Notes under the pieces: generated by a model
Told to the model about the DNA's origin: nothing
The model's database searches: none
Seen by the model: only the letters and a program-made list of their open reading frames with translations
Assembly (NCBI GenBank): GCA_963422735.1
Contig: OY730476.1
Location: forward strand, 608,001-672,000
Length of the DNA stretch: 64,000 bases
Direction: 5' to 3'
Source of the DNA: Candidatus Latescibacterota bacterium
GTDB taxonomy: Bacteria; Latescibacterota; UBA2968; UBA8231
Program-made: the position numbers and the translations under genes
Shown here: one piece after another, positions 22,765 to 31,641 of the stretch
How positions within the stretch are numbered: the stretch's first letter is position 1
Layout: each line of letters begins with the position of its first letter

Positions 22765-24207
22765 TTAAATGCCCAAGCGGTTTTTATAGGGCAGAGGGCG
22801 TCCCTCGGCATCGAGTAAGGGCTGCGGCGGAGCTTTCTGTTGGGTTAGTAAGCTGACGATTACTAAGGCGAAGGCGGAAAAAGGCACAGCCAAAAGGTCG
22901 GCCGGCAAATCCGCGGGAAGCATCCTCAGTACCTGCCAAGCGCACAGGCCGACCCCTATGGAAGCTAAGGCCCCGGGGCCGTTGCTTTTGGGCCACCACA
23001 ACCCAGCGGTTAGCGGGACGAACAGCGATGCGAGGAGCACGGACCAAGAGTTGACCATCAAGCCGTAAACCGAAGCGGTCCGGAGAGCCAACAGTAGAGA
23101 TACCACACCCAAGAGGAGGACGGACAAGCGCGTCAGGCGCAGAGACGACCGTTCTTCGGCATCGGGTTTGAAGTAGCGAAGGAGATCCCAGCCAATGACG
23201 CTCGCTGGAGCGAGGAGAGCACTATCGGCACTGGACAGGAGGGCCGAGACGAGGGCACCCATAAAGAGGATCAAGGCCAGATCGGGGAGGTACTCTAGTG
23301 CGAGGGCCATCATAACCAGGTCGGGGTCGGCCAAATCCGGGAGAATGACTGCACCTGCCATGCCGAGAAAAACGGGCAACAGCCCGACCGTGATATAAAG
23401 CAGACCAGCAAGATAAGCGCTGCGATAAGCCACCTTTTCGTCGCGGCTGGATAGACTGCGCTGGATTAGGTCTTGGCCCGCTAGGTTGCCGAGGCCGATG
23501 ACCAGCCAGTCGCGCGTATAGGCCAACCAACTGGCTGTGTCGCCGCGAGGATAGAAATCGAAGCGGGAGGCCGGGATTTGGGCGACGAGGGTCTTCCAGC
23601 CGCCCATGTCACCGAGGAGGATCGGTGTCAAAATGAACAGCCCGAGCACGAGGACGGTCACTTGGACGAAGTCGGTTAGCGTGACGGCCCACATGCCGCC
23701 GGCCCAAGTGTAGATTAGCACGATGACTGCGGCTGCGCAGATGCCGAGAGCGGGATCGATGCCGGTCAGGCTCTGCAGGATCCGCCCAAAGGCCACCAAG
23801 AGAGAACCGGTCCAGCCGACATAGGCGGGAATGGTGCAAAGACTGGCCAGCAGGCCCGCCTGCGGGCCGAAGCGGCGGCTAAAAAAGGATGCGATCGTCA
23901 TCAAGCCCATGCGCCGCATTAGCCGGACGTAAAAGAGGCCAGCGATAAATAGGCACAAAGCCGCGCCAAAAGGGTCGGCAACGACCGCGAGGATGCCCCC
24001 TTTGTATGCAGCACTCGCAGCGCCAATGCAGATTCCACCGCCAAACCACGTCGCAGCAAGAGTTGCGGTACAGAGCAACAGAGGCAGACGTTGGCCGGCG
24101 ACGATGAAGTCAGTCGGGCCGTGGACGCGGCGACCAGCGTATAAGCCAACGCCGAGCATCACCGCGAGATAGACAACCAAGCCGATCAAGACCAATGGAT
24201 TGGCCAT
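22765..24207 (-). CDS. sodium:solute symporter family protein
   Basis: DFIVAG..LP, ATWFGG, GGMWAV.LTDFVQ, Q...QR, A.LSSADS; many TMs. Confidence 0.92.
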   Translation of the reverse strand: MANPLVLIGLVVYLAVMLGVGLYAGRRVHGPTDFIVAGQRLPLLLCTATLAATWFGGGICIGAASAAYKGGILAVVADPFGAALCLFIAGLFYVRLMRRMGLMTIASFFSRRFGPQAGLLASLCTIPAYVGWTGSLLVAFGRILQSLTGIDPALGICAAAVIVLIYTWAGGMWAVTLTDFVQVTVLVLGLFILTPILLGDMGGWKTLVAQIPASRFDFYPRGDTASWLAYTRDWLVIGLGNLAGQDLIQRSLSSRDEKVAYRSAYLAGLLYITVGLLPVFLGMAGAVILPDLADPDLVMMALALEYLPDLALILFMGALVSALLSSADSALLAPASVIGWDLLRYFKPDAEERSSLRLTRLSVLLLGVVSLLLALRTASVYGLMVNSWSVLLASLFVPLTAGLWWPKSNGPGALASIGVGLCAWQVLRMLPADLPADLLAVPFSAFALVIVSLLTQQKAPPQPLLDAEGRPLPYKNRLGI

Positions 24208-24255
24208 GGCAAAATCCTTTTCGAAGATTTGTTATAATAACTAAAGGAGTAAAAA

Positions 24256-24291
24256 TGGCCAATGGCGCCAGCCAAGTGGCGAATCTGGCCA
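24256..24291. promoter_or_regulatory. putative enhancer (twin TGG-N9-CCA sites) for a sigma54 activator
   Basis: TGGCCAATGGCGCCA (24256-70) and TGGCGAATCTGGCCA (24277-91), 21 bp apart, about 105-140 bp upstream of the predicted sigma54 start. Confidence 0.55.
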
Positions 24292-24368
24292 TTAACAAGT
24301 AATAATTCGATCTATGTTTTTTCTATAATAAATTGGGCTGTAATAAATTATGGGTGTGCTAGTGCTTT

Positions 24369-24384
24369 TGGCACGGCCCTTGCA
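24369..24384 (+). promoter_or_regulatory. sigma54 (-24/-12) promoter of the pspA operon
   Basis: TGGCAC-GGCCC-TTGCA, exact TGGCAC-N5-TTGC consensus. Confidence 0.85.
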
Positions 24385-24434
24385 AGGATAGGTACAGCGC
24401 ATGATAAACTCCACTCAATCAAGGAAGGTGTACA

Positions 24435-25109
24435 ATGGCTAAGGGAGCCTTCGCGAGGATAAGCGATATCCTCAAGTCCAATATCAACGAGATGCTCGAC
24501 CGGGCCGAAGAGCCGGATAAGATGATCCGCCAGATGGTGCGGGACATGGAAGAGGCGGTCGGCAAGGCCACCGCTTCGGTAGGGACCGCTGTGGCCAACC
24601 ACAAGCGGCTCGAACGCCAGTTCAACGACAAGCAAAGCCAGGTCGCCGAATGGCAGCGCAAGGCTGAACGGGCGGTGGAAGCAGGCGAGGATGCGCTGGC
24701 GCGACGTGCGCTGGAGCGCAAGGCAGTTTTTGCCAAAGCTGCTGAGAATCTGGCTCCGGCTCTGGAGGAGAGTCGGCAGACGGCCGAGCAATTGCGCGAG
24801 CAGCTACGCGAGCTAAAGACCAAGCTCGAAGAAGCGCGGACCCGACAGGGCACGTTGATCGCTCGCCACCAAGCTGCCCAAGCCCGCAAGCGTCTAGCCC
24901 AAAGCATTTCCGGGTTGGGTCAGGATGCCTTTTCCAGCTTTGAACGCTTTGAGCAGAAAGTCGAAGAGAGCGAGGCAGAGGCTGCCGCGCACGTGGAGAT
25001 CTCGGGCGAGATGGAAGACGTTGAGAAAGAGATCCGCCAAATCGAAGTCGATCACAGTGTTGACGACGAATTGAAGGCCCTAAAGGACAAGATGAAGAAA
25101 GATAAGTAG
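24435..25109 (+). CDS. pspA: PspA/IM30 family protein
   Basis: F.RISDI.KSNIN..LD.AE.P.KM..Q...DME, W..KA..A...G...LAR.AL, FERFE.KV...EA, VDDEL..LK. Confidence 0.95.
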   Translation: MAKGAFARISDILKSNINEMLDRAEEPDKMIRQMVRDMEEAVGKATASVGTAVANHKRLERQFNDKQSQVAEWQRKAERAVEAGEDALARRALERKAVFAKAAENLAPALEESRQTAEQLREQLRELKTKLEEARTRQGTLIARHQAAQARKRLAQSISGLGQDAFSSFERFEQKVEESEAEAAAHVEISGEMEDVEKEIRQIEVDHSVDDELKALKDKMKKDK

Positions 25110-25163
25110 CGCAATGGCCCGCAGCATGTTGTGCGGTCTTTTGAATTAGGAGAACTAACGGAT

Positions 25164-25682
25164 ATGAAGATGAGATCGCCTAACGCGACAAAAAGCGAGG
25201 TGAGAAGTGCTATGGAAGGGGGATTCAAGCGCCTAGGTGCTCTTTTTCTCAAGGTAATGGCCGTGCCGCTGGTGCCGCTGGGGCTGGGGTTTATGCTCTA
25301 CGGACTTTTTCAGATCCTCCATGCCGATGGTCCAGAGTCCCATTTCGAGTTTTTTGCCATTGGCGTCACCCAGACCATTTTTGGCAGCTTGCTCTGGATA
25401 CTGGCCAAAAAGCTCGATGCGGCCGCGCACTTGGTCCGCTACCGACGTCAACAAAACCGCGTGGTGCGTCTGGCCCAGAAGAGGAATGGCCGCCTGACGG
25501 TGACCGAAACGGCCGCGGAAACCGAGCTGACGGTCGAGGAGGCTGCAGAGATCCTCAAGCGCTTGGCCGATGGGGGATTCGTCGAGGTCGAAATAACCGA
25601 TTCTGGCTTGATCGTCTATCGCTTTCCAGAAGTGCTTTTCGCGCACGAGAAACACTGGAGCCGAGGCGTCGAAAGTGCCTGA
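25164..25682 (+). CDS. two-TM membrane protein with C-terminal winged-helix-like domain
   Basis: two TMs, then RLAQKRNGRLTVTETAAETELTVEEAAEILKRLADGGFVEVEITDSGLIVYRFP; RBS AGGAGA. Confidence 0.8.
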   Translation: MKMRSPNATKSEVRSAMEGGFKRLGALFLKVMAVPLVPLGLGFMLYGLFQILHADGPESHFEFFAIGVTQTIFGSLLWILAKKLDAAAHLVRYRRQQNRVVRLAQKRNGRLTVTETAAETELTVEEAAEILKRLADGGFVEVEITDSGLIVYRFPEVLFAHEKHWSRGVESA

Positions 25683-25783
25683 TACAAATAGGCAAAGGCG
25701 GGATCAAGTGAACTGCTTTTGCCGCAATTCAATAGCACACGCTCACGGCCGGCGTGTGCGTGGCTCAGACCGGGAGGGAGCAA

Positions 25784-26056
25784 ATGAATGGATTTTTGCA
25801 GCTTGCCATTGGTGTCTGCTTCATCATCTTGAGCAGCGGATTGGTCAGTTGGGGCAACAAGTATTACGCGAGCCGCAGGGGACGAGACAAAAAAGCCAAA
25901 CAGGAAGAGAATCGGATCGTCAAGCGGCTAGAGCGAGTTGAGCAGCGGCTGACCGAGGTGCAGGACGTGATGATCGCCCTCAGCGAAAAAATCGACTACA
26001 TGGATGAGGTGGGGGCTAAAACTCGGGAACGCCAAGAACAACGAGAGCAAGGCTAG
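25784..26056 (+). CDS. PspB-like single-TM coiled-coil protein
   Basis: N-terminal TM, basic patch, heptad RLERVEQRLTEVQD; RBS GGGAG; lies in the pspA operon. Confidence 0.7.
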   Translation: MNGFLQLAIGVCFIILSSGLVSWGNKYYASRRGRDKKAKQEENRIVKRLERVEQRLTEVQDVMIALSEKIDYMDEVGAKTRERQEQREQG

Positions 26057-26059
26057 GCT

Positions 26060-27415
26060 GTGAGTTGGCTCGACCGCGCTGTAGAGGCCTGTGAAGATGC
26101 GCGTTGGGCCGAGGCTCTAGAGTGGTGCGAGCGTGGCCTAGCGCAGGTGCCCGACGACTTGGAGCTTCAGCATCGCAAAGGGTTTTGTCTCTTGGAACTG
26201 GGGGACGAGCAAGCGGCCATTGCCGCGCTGGAAGCGGCAGCGACGAGTGGGCATCTAGCAAGCCACTACCAGCTCGGCTTGCTCGCAATGCGCCAAGGAC
26301 GGAGGAACGCCCGGTTCCGCGAGCGGTCGCTGGCACACTTTGAGGCCATCGTGCGGGCGGGCGAGGAAGGGCGCGAATACCCAGCCCTCGACCGCGTCTT
26401 TTTCGCTCTTGGCAGCCAGTACAACGAAGATCCGCAGCGGCGTGGAGAAGCCATCCGCGCGTTCCGCCAAGGGCTGGCGCTCAACCCGCTTTCCGCGGTT
26501 GGCCACAACAGCTTGGGCCAACTCTTGCTGCAAGGCGGCCAGGTGTTGGGAGCGATGGGGGAATTTAAGGTCGCCATCCAGCTCGACCCCAAGCTCGGTC
26601 AGCCATACGCGAATTTGGCCCGTTTGTTTTTTCGCCACGTAAAACCCCCTGAATTAGAACAAGAATACCAGCATATCTGCGAGGAGTTCGAGCAAAGCGC
26701 TCCACAGGTCCTCGCGCGTTTGTCGCTGGAAATGGTCGAACTGGGAAAGGAGCAGGTGTACGAGGGGTTTTACACGAAGGGACATCGCATCAAAAACCTG
26801 ATGGGGATCATCGGCAGCCGCTTGCGGGGGCTAGGACGCAAGGCCGAAGAGGCACAGCGGGGGGAATTGAATCGCTTAGGGGGCGAATACGAGGCATTGT
26901 ACGACGAATGGGTGGGGTTCTTGGAGGCGATGAAAATGGAAAAAATCCACCCGGCAGTGATCGATCTCGGGCGCTTGGTGCGCCGGGTGGCCGCCGGGTT
27001 TGGTCGCCAAACTTGGAAATCCGCGATCCAGACGCGGGTCCAAGAGGGCTTGCCGCGCGTAGAGGCCGACGAGCGGATGCTGCGCGAGGCCATTACTAAC
27101 CTCTGCCTCAACGCCTTGGAAATCCTCGAAGAAGGCTGCGGCGGCCAAGTGGTGTTGGGCACTGGCTACGACGGAGATCAATCGCTGGTCTTTATTGAGG
27201 TTGAGGACGATGGGCCAGGCATTGAGGAAGAGCATTTGGAATTGATATTCGAGCCTGGATTTACCACTAGGGAGCGGGGCAATGGCTATGGCTTGAGCAT
27301 TGCGCGCCGCATTGCCCAAGCCCATCAGGGCGTGTTGCGCGTCAAGAGCAGGAAGGGACATGGAACCGTTTTTCGGCTCGATCTGCCGCTCAACTTCGCG
27401 GGCGGCGAGACCTAG
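26060..27415 (+). CDS. soluble TPR-repeat sensor histidine kinase
   Basis: TPR-like repeats; H-box GHRIKN, N-box NLCLNA, EDDGPGI, IFEPGFTT, GNGYGL; no TM evident. Confidence 0.88.
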   Translation: MSWLDRAVEACEDARWAEALEWCERGLAQVPDDLELQHRKGFCLLELGDEQAAIAALEAAATSGHLASHYQLGLLAMRQGRRNARFRERSLAHFEAIVRAGEEGREYPALDRVFFALGSQYNEDPQRRGEAIRAFRQGLALNPLSAVGHNSLGQLLLQGGQVLGAMGEFKVAIQLDPKLGQPYANLARLFFRHVKPPELEQEYQHICEEFEQSAPQVLARLSLEMVELGKEQVYEGFYTKGHRIKNLMGIIGSRLRGLGRKAEEAQRGELNRLGGEYEALYDEWVGFLEAMKMEKIHPAVIDLGRLVRRVAAGFGRQTWKSAIQTRVQEGLPRVEADERMLREAITNLCLNALEILEEGCGGQVVLGTGYDGDQSLVFIEVEDDGPGIEEEHLELIFEPGFTTRERGNGYGLSIARRIAQAHQGVLRVKSRKGHGTVFRLDLPLNFAGGET

Positions 27416-27436
27416 CCTTTCAGTGGTTGAACGAGG

Positions 27437-28861
27437 ATGGGCATGGCAAGCAAAAAACAGAAAGCCGTCTTAATCGCCGATGACCAACGGGAATTGCGCG
27501 AGATGTTGGCGGAGAAACTGTGCAGTTTGGGCAAGGAGGTCATCTCGTTTTCCAATGGTCAGCGGTTGCTCGGGCATCTGGCTGCTAGGCCAACGGATGT
27601 CGAACTCGTGGTGCTGGATTTGGACTTTGGCGTTGGCCAGCCCAATGGCCTCGAAGTGCTGAAAGAAATCAAAAAGTGCTGGGCCGATCTGCCGGTCATT
27701 ATTCTCACGGGCAAGGGGAGTGTTGACTTGGCGGTCGAAGCTGTGCAGGCCGGGGCTGCGGACTTTATTGAGAAGGACTTGTACGTCGAGGACAAGCTCG
27801 AAGTGGAAATGGAAAAGGTCGAGCGGATGTTGGCGGTCTTGCGCGAAAATGCCCGCCTCAAGGCAGAGAACGAAGCCCTCGACCGCGACAACACCTTTTA
27901 CCGGACCCAGCTAGGCCAGCGCTATCAGATCGTCAGTCGCAGTCCCCAAATTCAGGGCCTGCTAAAGCAAGTTGAACAAATCGCCTCCATACCGAGGCCC
28001 GTGCTGATCTGCGGCGAGCGCGGTACTGGCAAGGAGTTGATCGCCGCCGCCTTGCACTACGGGAGCAATCGCCGCGAGCGGGCCTTTGTCAAGACGAACT
28101 GCGCGGCGCTGTCGGATACTCTGCTCGAAAGCGAGCTGTTCGGCCATGAGAAGGGAGCCTTTACGGGCGCGGCCGAAATGCGCTACGGCCGCTTTGAAGC
28201 CGCCGATGGCGGTACGCTTTTTCTCGACGAAATCGGGAACACGTCGCTGGACTTTCAAAAAAATGTATTGCGCGTTATAGAATACCAAGAGTTTGAACGC
28301 ACGGGTGGGACGCAGACGATCCACGTTGACGTTCGCGTCGTGGCGGCGACCAATGCGGATCTGGAGCGGGAAATAGCCAGCGGGCAATTCCGCGCCGATC
28401 TCTACGACCGCCTGCGGTTTAGCGTGCTCCAGCTACCGCCCTTACGGGAGCGGCTCGAGGACATCCAGCCCTTGGTTACTTACTTTGCTCAGCAGCTATG
28501 CGACGAAGTGCCTGCGATTGAAAGACGCCCCTTTGCCGAAGGCATTTTGGCCACGTTAGAGACCTATGCTTGGCCGGGCAATGTGCGCGAACTCAAATTC
28601 GCCGTCGAGCGCGCGCTCTGCGTCGCGCAAGGGGATGCAGTGGTCGTGGAGGACTTGCCCCCAGAAGTGCGCGGCGGCAGTGGCGTTGCCCTTCCTGAAG
28701 GCGGCAGTTTCGACGAGCAAGTCGCGCGTGTTGAACGGGGCTTACTCGACGGCGCGCTAGCGCAGATGGGAGGGCGGCAGAAAGACGCGGCACAGCAATT
28801 GGGCTTGACCTACGATCGCTTTCGGCACTTGCTCCGCAAATACCAAATCACCGCCAAATGA
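27437..28861 (+). CDS. sigma54-dependent response regulator, REC + PspF-like AAA+ + HTH
   Basis: intact receiver (ADD, LDL, LTG, K); GERGTGKE, ESELFGHEKGAFTGA, LFLDE, WPGNVREL; HTH AAQQLGLTYDRFRHLLRKYQI. Confidence 0.93.
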   Translation: MGMASKKQKAVLIADDQRELREMLAEKLCSLGKEVISFSNGQRLLGHLAARPTDVELVVLDLDFGVGQPNGLEVLKEIKKCWADLPVIILTGKGSVDLAVEAVQAGAADFIEKDLYVEDKLEVEMEKVERMLAVLRENARLKAENEALDRDNTFYRTQLGQRYQIVSRSPQIQGLLKQVEQIASIPRPVLICGERGTGKELIAAALHYGSNRRERAFVKTNCAALSDTLLESELFGHEKGAFTGAAEMRYGRFEAADGGTLFLDEIGNTSLDFQKNVLRVIEYQEFERTGGTQTIHVDVRVVAATNADLEREIASGQFRADLYDRLRFSVLQLPPLRERLEDIQPLVTYFAQQLCDEVPAIERRPFAEGILATLETYAWPGNVRELKFAVERALCVAQGDAVVVEDLPPEVRGGSGVALPEGGSFDEQVARVERGLLDGALAQMGGRQKDAAQQLGLTYDRFRHLLRKYQITAK

Positions 28862-28947
28862 CCGACCGCGTCCTTCGGGCCGAGTCTTGTTGACAGTGGG
28901 AACGCGCCGGGTATATTAACCGAGGCTCCCACACGGGCGAGAGGCGC

Positions 28948-29271
28948 ATGGAAAAAGTTTACAAGGTCGAGACCACGCTTTCCCACAGCTTGGCCGAACT
29001 CTATGCCGGACTCGAAGAGGAGTTCGCCAACAAAAGCAGCATCCCCCTCTCGGACATGAACCGCACGTTGTTGCAAACGGGCTTGATCCATCACCTGACG
29101 ATGATGAGCGGATTGGGGCTGATCGAGCCTGAGAAGGCCGCGAGGCTGCACGCGTTGATCGACCAAGTAGCGAAGGATACCATACTCTGGGACATCTTGC
29201 AGATGGTGCGGACCTACTGGCGAGATTGCGGCCCTGGTGGTCCGGGCGGTTCCGATAGTCTCAAAGCCTGA
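28948..29271 (+). CDS. hypothetical protein
   Basis: clean 107-aa ORF with GAGAGG RBS and TTGACA-16 nt-TATATT upstream (28890-28917). Confidence 0.7.
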   Translation: MEKVYKVETTLSHSLAELYAGLEEEFANKSSIPLSDMNRTLLQTGLIHHLTMMSGLGLIEPEKAARLHALIDQVAKDTILWDILQMVRTYWRDCGPGGPGGSDSLKA

Positions 29272-29321
29272 TGTGGTGGTTATAACTCGTTGTATAGATT
29301 GTAGTTCAGGGGGATGTGCGG

Positions 29322-29350
29322 TTGACAACTCCCGTGGTCACAAGTATTAT
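29322..29350 (+). promoter_or_regulatory. sigma70 promoter for iscU-sod-prx
   Basis: TTGACA-17 nt-TATTAT. Confidence 0.65.
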
Positions 29351-29395
29351 ACAACCCATTTCTCGGACCTCTTTACTAGCTGTTGAAGCGAGCAG

Positions 29396-29773
29396 ATGAC
29401 CTCCTTTAGCGCAGCGGTTTTCGACCACTACCGGCATCCCCGCAACGCTGGGCAAATCGGTGACGCCAATGCCTCGGGGCAAGCTGAAAATCAGGCCTGC
29501 GGCGATGCGATGCAGCTTTTTGCCCGCGTCGAAAACGGCCGCATCGTCCGCGTTAGCTGTAAGACTTTTGGATGCGCTCCTTCGGTCGCGGCTGGCTCAG
29601 TGCTCACTGAGTTGCTGGCAGACTTGCTGCTGGCGGACGCAGTTCAGCTAGAGCCGGCCGCTATTGAGGAGGCGCTAGGGGGGCTGCCGCCAATGAAGCG
29701 CCACGCCGCCCAACTAGCTGCTGACGCGACTCGGGCCCTAGTGAAAAACTACCAGGCCAATACGGCCTCCTAA
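29396..29773 (+). CDS. IscU/NifU-like Fe-S scaffold protein
   Basis: DHY..PRN.G, N.ACGD, TFGC, A.GS.L.E, LGGLPP.K.H. Confidence 0.85.
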   Translation: MTSFSAAVFDHYRHPRNAGQIGDANASGQAENQACGDAMQLFARVENGRIVRVSCKTFGCAPSVAAGSVLTELLADLLLADAVQLEPAAIEEALGGLPPMKRHAAQLAADATRALVKNYQANTAS

Positions 29774-29819
29774 CGCATTCTCGCCTTGCGTTTTAACCTC
29801 AAGCCGAAAGGATTGCACC

Positions 29820-30440
29820 ATGGCTCACTCTCTTCCCGATCTCCCTTATGCCTATGACGCGCTAGAACCCGTCATAGATGCCCGCACCATGGAGATTCAC
29901 CACACCAAGCACCACAACACCTATGTGACCAGCCTCAACACCGCTCTCGGGGGACATGACGACTTGGCCGCTAAAAGCGTCGAAGACCTCATCAGCGATC
30001 TCGATGCCGTCCCCGAGAGCATCCGCACAGCGGTGCGCAACCACGGCGGCGGTCATGCCAACCACAGCCTATTTTGGCAGATCATGGCTCCAGCAGAGGA
30101 GCGCGGCGAGCCTTCGGCCGAATTGAAGGCTGCGGTAGAAACCGCATTCGGTAGCACCGACAAAGCCCACGAAGCCTTCGTGCAAGCCGCAACCACCCGG
30201 TTCGGTAGCGGCTGGGCTTGGCTTGTAGTTAAGGATGGCAAGCTCGACATCCTCAGCACCGCCAATCAAGATAATCCCCTAATGACCGGCGACGGAGTTC
30301 CCATCCTCGGCATCGATGTCTGGGAACACGCCTATTATCTCAACTACCAAAATCGCCGGCCCGACTATATCGCAGCGTGGACCGACATCGTCAACTGGAA
30401 CGAAGTCAGTCGCCGCTTTGCCGAGGTGATAGGGAGCTAG
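29820..30440 (+). CDS. sodA: superoxide dismutase (Mn-type motifs)
   Basis: [32 protein letters not shown]. Confidence 0.95.
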   Translation: MAHSLPDLPYAYDALEPVIDARTMEIHHTKHHNTYVTSLNTALGGHDDLAAKSVEDLISDLDAVPESIRTAVRNHGGGHANHSLFWQIMAPAEERGEPSAELKAAVETAFGSTDKAHEAFVQAATTRFGSGWAWLVVKDGKLDILSTANQDNPLMTGDGVPILGIDVWEHAYYLNYQNRRPDYIAAWTDIVNWNEVSRRFAEVIGS

Positions 30441-30443
30441 CAG

Positions 30444-30911
30444 ATGGCGATCCAAGTAGGGGACAAAGCACCCGCGTTCACCCTTAAGAATGCGGATATG
30501 GAAGACGTAAGCCTCGGGGATTTTGCCAGTAAAAATGTCGTCCTACTCTTCGTACCGCTGGCCTTCACCAGTGTCTGTACGCAGGAGTTGTGCGAGATTT
30601 CCGCCGGAATTAACGCGTACCAGGGCCTCAATGCCCAGGTTTTGGGAATCAGCGTCGATAGTCCTTTTAGCCTCAACGCTTGGGCCGAAAAGGAAGGTAT
30701 TGAGATTCCGCTACTCAGTGATTTCAACAAGGAGGTGTCCGCTGCGTACGGTGCCCAGCACGAAGATCTGTTGGGCTTCAAAGGCGTCGCCAAGCGCTCG
30801 GCCTTCATAGTTGATGGGCAAGGCAGCGTCCGCTATGCTTGGGTGTCCGACAATCCCAAGGTCCTGCCGAATTTTGCTGCGATTAGGGCTTGTTTGCAGT
30901 CGCTCAACTGA
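30444..30911 (+). CDS. peroxiredoxin (AhpE/BCP-like)
   Basis: PLAFTSVCTQE, GISVDS, LLSDFN, RSAF. Confidence 0.9.
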   Translation: MAIQVGDKAPAFTLKNADMEDVSLGDFASKNVVLLFVPLAFTSVCTQELCEISAGINAYQGLNAQVLGISVDSPFSLNAWAEKEGIEIPLLSDFNKEVSAAYGAQHEDLLGFKGVAKRSAFIVDGQGSVRYAWVSDNPKVLPNFAAIRACLQSLN

Positions 30912-30933
30912 AGATCTTCGTTTTCGCAATAAT

Positions 30934-30969
30934 GTGGGGCAAGGCGCAGAGGGCTTTGCCCCACTGTTT
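30934..30969 (+). terminator. terminator-like hairpin after prx
   Basis: GTGGGGCAA...TTGCCCCAC followed by TGTTT. Confidence 0.45.
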
Positions 30970-30995
30970 ATGCTGCTCGCAAAGGAAATCACGCA

Positions 30996-31622
30996 ATGGA
31001 AGATGCGACGACAGGGCCGCTTAACGAGCGAGAGGCTCCGATCTGGCTCCAAGGCCAGAACAAGGCCAAGGCTGCCGAAATAGCCGGTCACTTCGCTCAG
31101 ATAATGCAGGTTTTGGGGCTCGACTTGAGCGATCCGCACTTGCGGGGCACCCCAGACCGCGTCGGGCGAATGTACATGGAGATTTTTCGAGAGTTGGACG
31201 ACCAAGGCGAACCGGAGATCACCTGCTTTCCCAATAGCGATGGCTACGACAACATGGTGATCGTCAAGGACATCGAGTTCTTTTCAGTTTGTTCCCACCA
31301 CATGATTCCGTTCTTCGGCAAGGCGCACATAGCCTACATACCTAGAGACGCGATCGTCGGCTTGAGCAAAATCGTGCGCGTCGTCGAATTCTACGCCCGC
31401 CGGCCCCAGCTTCAAGAACGTCTCACCAGGCAAATTGTGGACTTTCTCGAAGCCAAGCTGGCCCCCAAAGGATCCATCGTCGTAATGGAGGCCCGGCATT
31501 TGTGCATGGAGATGCGGGGGGTGGAAAGGCCCGGGGCGGTGACGACCACTTCGGCGCTCCGGGGCCATTTTGCCGAGCCGATAGTGCGCGAGGAATTTTT
31601 CAATTTAATCAAGAGAAATTGA
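30996..31622 (+). CDS. folE: GTP cyclohydrolase I
   Basis: TP.RV.RMY.E, C.HH..PF.G..H.AY, GLSK, R.QLQERLT, H.CM.MRG. Confidence 0.95.
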   Translation: MEDATTGPLNEREAPIWLQGQNKAKAAEIAGHFAQIMQVLGLDLSDPHLRGTPDRVGRMYMEIFRELDDQGEPEITCFPNSDGYDNMVIVKDIEFFSVCSHHMIPFFGKAHIAYIPRDAIVGLSKIVRVVEFYARRPQLQERLTRQIVDFLEAKLAPKGSIVVMEARHLCMEMRGVERPGAVTTTSALRGHFAEPIVREEFFNLIKRN

Positions 31623-31641
31623 AGCAGAACGGGACAACCCC

